NCBI GenBank assembly: GCA_030141605.1
Contig: JAQGDQ010000009.1
Location: 1,426,001 to 1,490,000 of the forward strand
Direction: 5' to 3'
DNA: 64,000 bases
From: Tubiluchus corallicola
Lineage: Eukaryota; Animalia; Priapulida
This document shows positions 56,015-64,000 of the stretch, piece after piece. The notes under the pieces are model-generated. The model did not search any database. It was given only the letters and a program-made list of their open reading frames with translations, and had not been told where the DNA came from. How positions within the stretch are numbered: position 1 is the first letter of the stretch; the number at the start of each line of letters is the position of its first letter. The translations under genes and the position numbers were made by a program.

Positions 56015-56356
56015 GACGTCGGAAGTCTGCATGACACTGACAAGATTACAAAGCTGCAGTGATGGCATCACAGAGACCTAAACGGAAGTTATTCGGAAGT
56101 TCACCTAGTAATTATAAAGATTGTAATCGTGTATAACGTTACGATAAGGTGTTGGATTCCCGTTGAGAAAACTACCTCTTGACATTATCTACACCTTCCA
56201 ATGGCTAATCCTGCATTCATTTATTCACCCTGATACCATACCATCAAGTCTAAACACAATTTGTTATAATCCGGGGGCAGTCTCAGAGACTTAAGGTAAA
56301 ACTTCATTAGTTTATAAACTGGGACAAGAAAATGACTAATGCTGGTTTCTGGTGAT
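56015..56356 (+). mobile_element. Decayed non-LTR retrotransposon APE endonuclease remnant
   Basis: Collinear motif remnants across frames: DVGSL (cf. NVRSL), GITET* (cf. ITETW), CYNP (cf. YRPP) and LVSGD (cf. GDFN). Confidence 0.4.
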
Positions 56357-59300
56357 ACTGCTTGCTAGGATACAATTGCCGGTACCATTACTGTCTAATT
56401 TAATGGAATTTTCCTATATATGAACTAAATTCCGGATATAATAGATCTTTGTTTGCCGTAAAATAGATGTCGTAACATTTCATAAAAATATTACAAAAAA
56501 CATCAGTCAGTGTCAGTAGATAAATATACACTGTTGAAAGCAAATGCGTCAAGTTAGTAAACTAAAAAAAGTAATGCAGTTAGTTGCTACCTCTAAAATC
56601 TATAATTTTCAAATTTCATACATACGTACAATTTTAATCAAATTACATCACAAACAGTTATGAAACACAGAATTTACAAATTCACTGAATAATCTAACAC
56701 AAGAACTAATAATACAGTAGAATTGTACTAAGAGCAACAAAACTCACATATAATAACAACAATAGAAAATTTTAAATCACCTACTTAATACTTAATACAA
56801 CTCGTGAAGTCACAATATAAACATTATAACACATTTAAATGCACAAATTTAGGGACGGGAAAAATAATTTGGTGAGCCCTAGTCATAATTAAAGTTCAAG
56901 AATTTCCACAAAGATGTCAAGATTATCCACATCATTAAACTCATTTCAATAAGGAAGAACCTGGTTTCCCGCTGATAGCAGTTTGCACTCAGCTTCTCAC
57001 TTCTCACCTTAATTAAGTAGTTTGTCTGTTACTAAAGAAACAATGATAAGTGCGCTAGACAAGATTTACCGCAGAGAGAGAGAGAGAGAGACAGAGACCT
57101 ACCCTTTCCCACGAGTCATGCCAATGTTCATATAACGTCTATGCCAATATATGTATGCAAATTGCAAGATAAGTTATTATAGATAATGTTTTAAAAGTCT
57201 GCAGCTGAGAAGTGCATTATGTTTGTATACGTCGTTTGTTTATTTATTCATATATTCCTTCATTTATACATTTTCTTTCGTTCATTCATTTGCGCATTTA
57301 TTCATTCATCTCGAAACATTTGTATTTATTTACTTATATTTAGCTTAGTAGTTTATTTGCTTATTTTGCTCATGAATTTATATATCTAATGCACGTTAAC
57401 ATATAATTTCTTTTTATCAGTATCCGATTTATCGTTGGTTACTTTTCTGATATTCAAATTGCTATGACGCAATAATTACTGTTAAAAACTGCAAGAGTTG
57501 GGCTTCCTCTATTCTTTCTTCTTTCTCCTCTTGTTCGCGTATTTATTTGCTTATTTGTTTGACTGCACTCGCTTGTTCAATGTTCATTCAGTCATTCATT
57601 CGTCCATTCATTCATTCATTCATTCATTCATTCATTCATTCATTTTGAGTGTTTTTTCAGTGGTTATATTTAGCTTAAAACTCGTCTTTTATAGTTTTTC
57701 AATTTGTAATTTAAAGACATTTAAAATTTTAAACGCATCCTGGCTTTGAATTAGGTTTTGCGGGAAGGGGTTAACAAACTTCAACTTATAGAAGTTATAG
57801 AAACCTATAGAACTTTCTGTTTCTTTATTAACCAATCTCCATGTCCCATTACAGTAATAATTCAACCATTTAAATCAGTCTCAGCTTCAGACTGAATAGA
57901 ATTTTAGAAGCTTAATAACATTAGGTATCAAGTACTAATAACGTTTCATAATAATTTTTCTCAACCAACCCTTTTGCAGTTTACGTCTTGACGTCTTACG
58001 TCTGAACGTCTGACGTCTAACTACACTATACCGACAGAACTTCGAGATATTTCCGTTAGGCGGAGTATGCAGCAAAGAAGAATGCTCGTGCATTATTAAT
58101 GTTATCATTCGGTATTATTTCAAGTCTAGGTGCGATTACATGAGATCGTTTACATGATATCAGCCGCAGAACATGTTAACATAGCAGGCTAAAATTACAA
58201 ACCTACTTCTAAACTCAGACAGTAATTTAACTTAAATTACAAAATGACAAACTTTGCAGTCAACATTGGGTCTTGAATAAACAGCTTTGCAATTATCACA
58301 TTCTGCATTTGACAATTATAGGCGTATAACTGGTTGCTCCTCCTATGGGTAAACCTGGTAAATGTTTACAATGTTTACACTGTTTACTCAGAAGCGACTG
58401 ACAGAGCAACTTGATGCCAAGAGTGGTGTACGCCTCAACTGGAAAAACAAGTGTTAAACCATAAACAACCAGTTAGAGTAAACAAGCACATGAAAAGTTG
58501 GTAAGTGAGCACGAAAGAGGTTACAATAATCAGCTTTTAAAACGTAAATAGCTATTTCGAGTCTCAAGTGCAAAGCTGTCAGTTAAAAGTACAATTGCCC
58601 AGTGTTTGTCAACTGTGAATAAAGGACACGGAAAATGTCAATATTGTTTTCTTCTCTATGGCTAGCAAGATGGTTGGCCAAAGACGTGAGGCGGACAATG
58701 TCAGGTGCTTCCACCATGTGGCTTTGTGGTTTTATTCTTTGGCGAGGAAGGCGTTGGAAAATATTTGCACACCAGGTCTGACAGTAACGCCTCGAAATTA
58801 GTCAGACTATACTCCTTCAAACAAAGGACTACATCACGTGATGACCAAATAAAAATAACTGATTTAGAAGTAAATCCTGTTGAAGTCTTTCACAAGTGGA
58901 AAATATTTTGCAGGCAGCTCTGATAGATTTCTCTGACTGTTACATAACTTTTGCGAAAGAAGCCCCTAGCTAAAGCACAAATTTCATATGTGGTTGCAAT
59001 ACCGAATCAAAGAGACGTGTCGGTACTTAGGTGCTGCTACCTAAATAGACCGAAAATAGATCCAAACAAAGAGGAAGCTTGCCCATAGGCCTGGTTGTGC
59101 CTCAAAGTGTACACGCTATGCAGAACCTAACTAGTTAGTCAGTCAATCATCAGTTCGTTAGTCAGTCAGTCAGTCAGTCAGTCAATCAGTTATTCAATCG
59201 GTCAGTCAGTAGATTAGTCAAACAATCAGTCTGGCAGGCAGGCAGTCGATAAGTTAGCCAGCCAGTCAGTTATTCAGCCAGCCATCAGCAGCTACTCTAG

Positions 59301-59559
59301 AGTTAGGCATGCTATTACTTAAACCAGCTCCGTTTTTATAGTTAAAAAGTCTTTTTAAGGTATTTTTTGTTTATAATAGACTAAACTGAATGAAAATTTA
59401 ATGATCGAGAGAAGAGGTGACTTCCGGCTGAATTGTGAATTAAGTTTATATCATTACCTTTTTTCGCCAAAAGGAAGAAAAAGCTGCAGAGCCAATTAGA
59501 GAATTTTACATCAATACCATCTGTCGTTAAGATATTCTTCTAAATAACTGGCAAGCAGA

Positions 59560-59990
59560 TTACACCCAACGCTAATTATCACAGTCATTTGCTCAAGTAC
59601 CTCTCCAAACTGTCTGTCATTCAAGCTTACTTAACCCTTTTTCAGTGGGACCTTAAATCTAGCTTTACAATATAAATGTTTTTGGGAACTCTTATTCGAA
59701 GCTGCACAAATCACAAATACGCTTAAGCTAATTAAATTGCACAAATCTATGCAATATCCACTGCATAACTAGACAATTAGAATTATGCATTTGATATAGA
59801 AAAGGAGTTAGAACTGTGCCCTGAGGGAACCCACTGCGGGTTAGAGCTGTAAAATAAAGCAACCATAACGTATCATTACGTTTTACAACAATAGACGACC
59901 GTAACTCTTTGTTCAAGGTGTAAATAAATGAAGGCGTTATTATGGCTTTTCACTTTGAATGCAGATTTAATGATAAGGAGTGAGAATTAT
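59560..59990 (-). mobile_element. Decayed LINE reverse-transcriptase remnant (CR1/L2/Rex1-like)
   Basis: SGFPQGTVLTPFLY in ORF 59728-59916 (cf. GxPQGTVLSPFLF), upstream KSAF (cf. SSAFN) and downstream RYL (cf. KYLG). Boundaries are approximate. Confidence 0.55.
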
Positions 59991-61039
59991 TATTGTGATA
60001 CGTGATTTTGTACACACCGCTGCACAAGCATCATGATTAGCTGGAGTTCAACGATTGGTGTAGGATAATACCACTAAACAGCTAATGGATTTAACTATTA
60101 TGATTCTTTTAATCATATGAGACATTATTAGTTCAGTTTAATGCAAGTAGACGGCACAGGCAACAATAAAAAACCAGGAGTAGCATTTGGTAGCTACAGA
60201 TGACAGTATACATATAGTTCACGTAACCAAACAGTACCTTTTTCTTCAAAATAAGTAATAATTACAGTATTTAACATTTGTACTTTTTTTACTCACCAAA
60301 TATTATATTAGTTTTCTTCGCAAAATGATTTTTTTTGCACCTAGGCTGACCTAGCGCGTTTATTTTAGTTACATTACAAATAAAAATACAAAAATTTAAA
60401 TTACCACGAAAAGATTATCTAGCGCCTAATTTTTCCCATTATGCATGGATTTAAGTAACATGAAAAGGCCTAAAACTAACATTAGAACATATTATTTAAT
60501 TCGTCAAAAGCTTTTAAATTTTTATAAGACCACTCGTTATTTAACGCACTCATTTCATGTGCATCTGTACGTGTGTAAACCGCTTCTGCTTGCAATTAGA
60601 GGCGTTTTGCAATCTGGTTACAAATAAAGATTTTCAAAGTTTTTCAAAAACTCACGTTTCCCTGCGTGTACTTTTTGTTCTCAGGTAAAGCTTTGTTATA
60701 ATTGTTTATAACGAAAACTGGTGGCTAAACATCAATATACAATATCCTATGTATAATATCAGTTTTTGATATAAAAATTATTTATAGAATTTTTTTAATA
60801 CCACTAAAGGCTAACACTACATTTTGTCCGGAAATACTTTGGCCTTCTGCTTTTTTAATAATATGCACAGACTTTAGGGTAAACTGTTGAATCGGCGAAA
60901 ACGCAGGAAATGAATTGAAAAGTGCGGACAAATTTACGTGCGTCGGTTTCACTTTCTCGTGCGTCTACTATTTGATGACCAGCAATACGCATCTGGAAAG
61001 GTGGACATCCGCAGTTATGTACGTAGTCCCAGCGCTGCA

Positions 61040-61560
61040 CAGGGCCGGCTCTAGGTTCTAGGTAGTTAGCGCCCCTTTCTCAATCCCACACCACCGCACC
61101 CACCTGCTAAATTGAATTTTTGTTGATATAATGGTACCCATATGTTGGACTCATATACATGTATTATAGTGTAATAATTAAGTGTCTATTTTCAGAGCTT
61201 AATATATATTCTCTATGTATTTCCAGCTTGTATTGATTGAATTCAAAATAGAATTTATGGCCCATTGACTTATGTCTTCAGAAGCAATCAATATTTCTGC
61301 TACACATTCTTCACGTACATGCTCTTGGCTAGATTTTTCCTAAGCCTTTTCATCTGAAAATTTTTGAAATCCTAACTTCTTTTGTCACACGCATTCACTT
61401 TACTGGCTTCATCGTTTTCAAAACCATAACTACGATCTAGTTACAAATAGCGAATCTTTTTGATGTTCAATATCCACCATTTTTTTTTCAACTTTTCGTT
61501 TCCTGTTTTGAATTCTCATAAGTTTATCTCCGATAAATAAACAAATGCTTTTGCAATAAT
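61040..61560 (-). mobile_element. Possible hAT transposon end with a decayed transposase C-terminus
   Basis: CAGGGCCGGC terminus at 61040. Minus-strand fragments KLMRIQNRKR, FENDEASKVN and DFKNFSDEKA loosely resemble the hAT dimerization domain. Confidence 0.3.
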
Positions 61561-61698
61561 TTGTATTAATGAATGGACCTTCTGGAGTTGATTAGCTCAG
61601 TGGCTGCTCTATCCATCCATCACAAACTACAGGCAAAAAAGGGCAAAGCGTCAGCAGTGTTTGTTTAAAATGATGTAGGAAGCCACGTAAGACAAAAG

Positions 61699-61763
<65 letters not shown>

Positions 61764-61780
61764 TGATGATGATGATGATG

Positions 61781-61826
<46 letters not shown>

Positions 61827-61864
61827 CAACAACAACAACAACCTTTATTTAAAGTCGGCTTTTA
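61699..61864 (-). repeat. (AAT)/(GAT)/(AAC) microsatellite abutting a retroelement-type 3' tail
   Basis: The repeat is followed by CTTTATTTAAAGTC (61843-61856), the reverse complement of the SINE tail at 13120-13133. Confidence 0.8.
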
Positions 61865-64000
61865 TTCGGAGTTAAATATTTTGGCATAATTTGTTTTCAA
61901 CCTTCATTTCACAAGTTTGTTGGGGGGGGGTATAAGATGATGAGTACAAAAAAGGGGTATCCTAACTGATTAAGTGAACCAAAGGCTCCCAGAGCGACCG
62001 CAATCACACAGAAAATTGTGGTAACGCAAAGATGATTTACTATTTACTAGATTAAAAATGCCAGAATAGGCATAACAATTTTGTTGCCTTCATGTAATTT
62101 CAATGTTCTAATAAACGGATATACCCTGGATATGTTCATCCATTCATCCTCTAATTGCTTCTCTCCTATTTCTATAAGTCACTTGTTTCCACCATTCTTT
62201 GATATCCTCCTTTTTCCTTACGCGAATAACGTAAAATAACTGTTAATATCATTTTACTATAATAATAAACCTATAATAAACGAATAAAAAAACCGGTGTC
62301 TCTTTTTTGTGTTTATTTACATAACTGTAAAGTGTAAGTGCTGAATCTTAATTAATTGGCGCCGCTTTAGCAATAAGTGGCAGTGGATTGTGTTTTGTAG
62401 CAAGTGTTTAGGTTATTCGGTGCAGTAAACGTGTTTGTTAAACGCCAAACAAACGCTTACGCCCCCTTTTCTACTCCCATTCATGATATTTTATGTACTG
62501 GCACGTTTCAAAAGGATGCTTAGACATTGTCCTATGACAGAAGAATTTCTTTTGTGCATTGAACACAGGGCATACACGTACTTAACAAATTCGTTTTGCA
62601 AGAAAAATACACACGAGCAGCAATGGGTGAGCTCATGATAGCAAATAATCTCCATTGCCTGTCCAGCTTATCAAAACAAATCATTACTGTTCAACAGCAA
62701 CTTTTCAAGTCTTCGTGTGGTGTTTTAGCATTTTTCTACCTGCAAGTCTATTCACCTAGCAGCTTTGTCACTGAACAGGTATTGTTCAGGTGAGCTTGTT
62801 TTCACCTGTCTTTGTACATTTGTTAAACTTCTTGCTGCCATTGTAACCGAATCATCAAGGATAATCGCTCAGAGGAGTACCCGAGAAGTAAGAGGAGCCG
62901 AAAGAGAGGACGGTGCCAAAATATTCGATACAAGAGACGTGTCCCAACCACTTAGACAAACTAAAATCTAGAATGCAAAGAAATCTTGAAAAACTTCCTT
63001 GTTGAAATAATTTGTTATTCAGCTCATGTGAGCAGTGATTGTATGAACAAACCTTAAAAAAGCCAAGAAGTATGAACATGAATGAATGTATGAATGCAAA
63101 TCTTAACGACTAGACAATGCAGACATGCCTTAAAAACAAATACTGTGTCATAAGTCGCTGCATTATAAAGCTACATGTATAATTAAATTCACCAAGCTAT
63201 ATGGAAATATGTCTGTAATTGTAAATTATTCATTATGGTTCCATATAGTTATGCATCAACAATAACACATGAACTATCTTAAAAACATTGCAACAAACTT
63301 TTTATTTGCATCTACTTGAGAAAGAAAGACAATGTATTTAAAACAACGTTGTGAAGCTGGTAACATATTGTTACCGTTAACTGTTAAGAAAAAAAGTTAG
63401 ACTTGCAAGGCTTGCAAATATATCACCCCTTAACAAGAAATGATTTAATTACAGTTTGAACAGCAAGCAAAGTGAACATTTCCCGATATAAAATGACTTT
63501 CATAAAGTTAGACAAAACATGTGAACAAAACTTATTCAATGGTACTGACAAATATGTATTTAAGTTAGTGGCTTGTTAAAAATGAAAAGCCATTATGCTA
63601 CTAACTGATATCTGCCAAAAATGGGCTTTGATTCGAGTTAAATAGTTAGGTGGCAAACAAATATTATCTACAATAACAGCTGGCTGTTTGCTGAGAAAAC
63701 ATTAAAGGTGTGTTCACACTTGTCCAGTAACAGTCATCAAGTACTGGAATTGTAGTTATAGGCAGTGGCGGGAAAAAAGTGTGTTTTCAAAATTAAGTTT
63801 ATGGCACTTATTTGAATAAGGAAGAATTGTAGCCCTAAACAAAACAAACAGCAGTAAGCCCGAAATAGCAATTTAACAATATCTACATACACATCTTGCA
63901 ATAGACAAAAATTATTGCCTTTATTAGGCACCGTTTGTAAATGTATGATGCCTTAGACATTAATTGAGTCTAAGTAACAATTTTTTTAAATGTCAGAAGC

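Overview
AT-rich, microsatellite-rich animal (invertebrate bilaterian, inferred) genomic DNA with one confidently identifiable gene: the orphan nuclear receptor tailless/TLX (NR2E1) on the minus strand. I reconstructed 8 coding exons by hand (47474 to 34884; 1185 nt, 394 aa). All introns are GT-AG and all phases are compatible. The gene includes a 19-nt microexon that carries half of the P-box. The rest is an apparent gene desert with candidate enhancers, retroelement and DNA-transposon remnants, and simple repeats. The most notable non-genic item is a ~500-bp internally deleted RTE retrotransposon (451-949, minus strand, with a target-site duplication). Its 5' end starts exactly at the cleavage site of a twister-ribozyme motif. 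Most ORFs in the supplied track are spurious. All family assignments come from motif recognition, not database searches.
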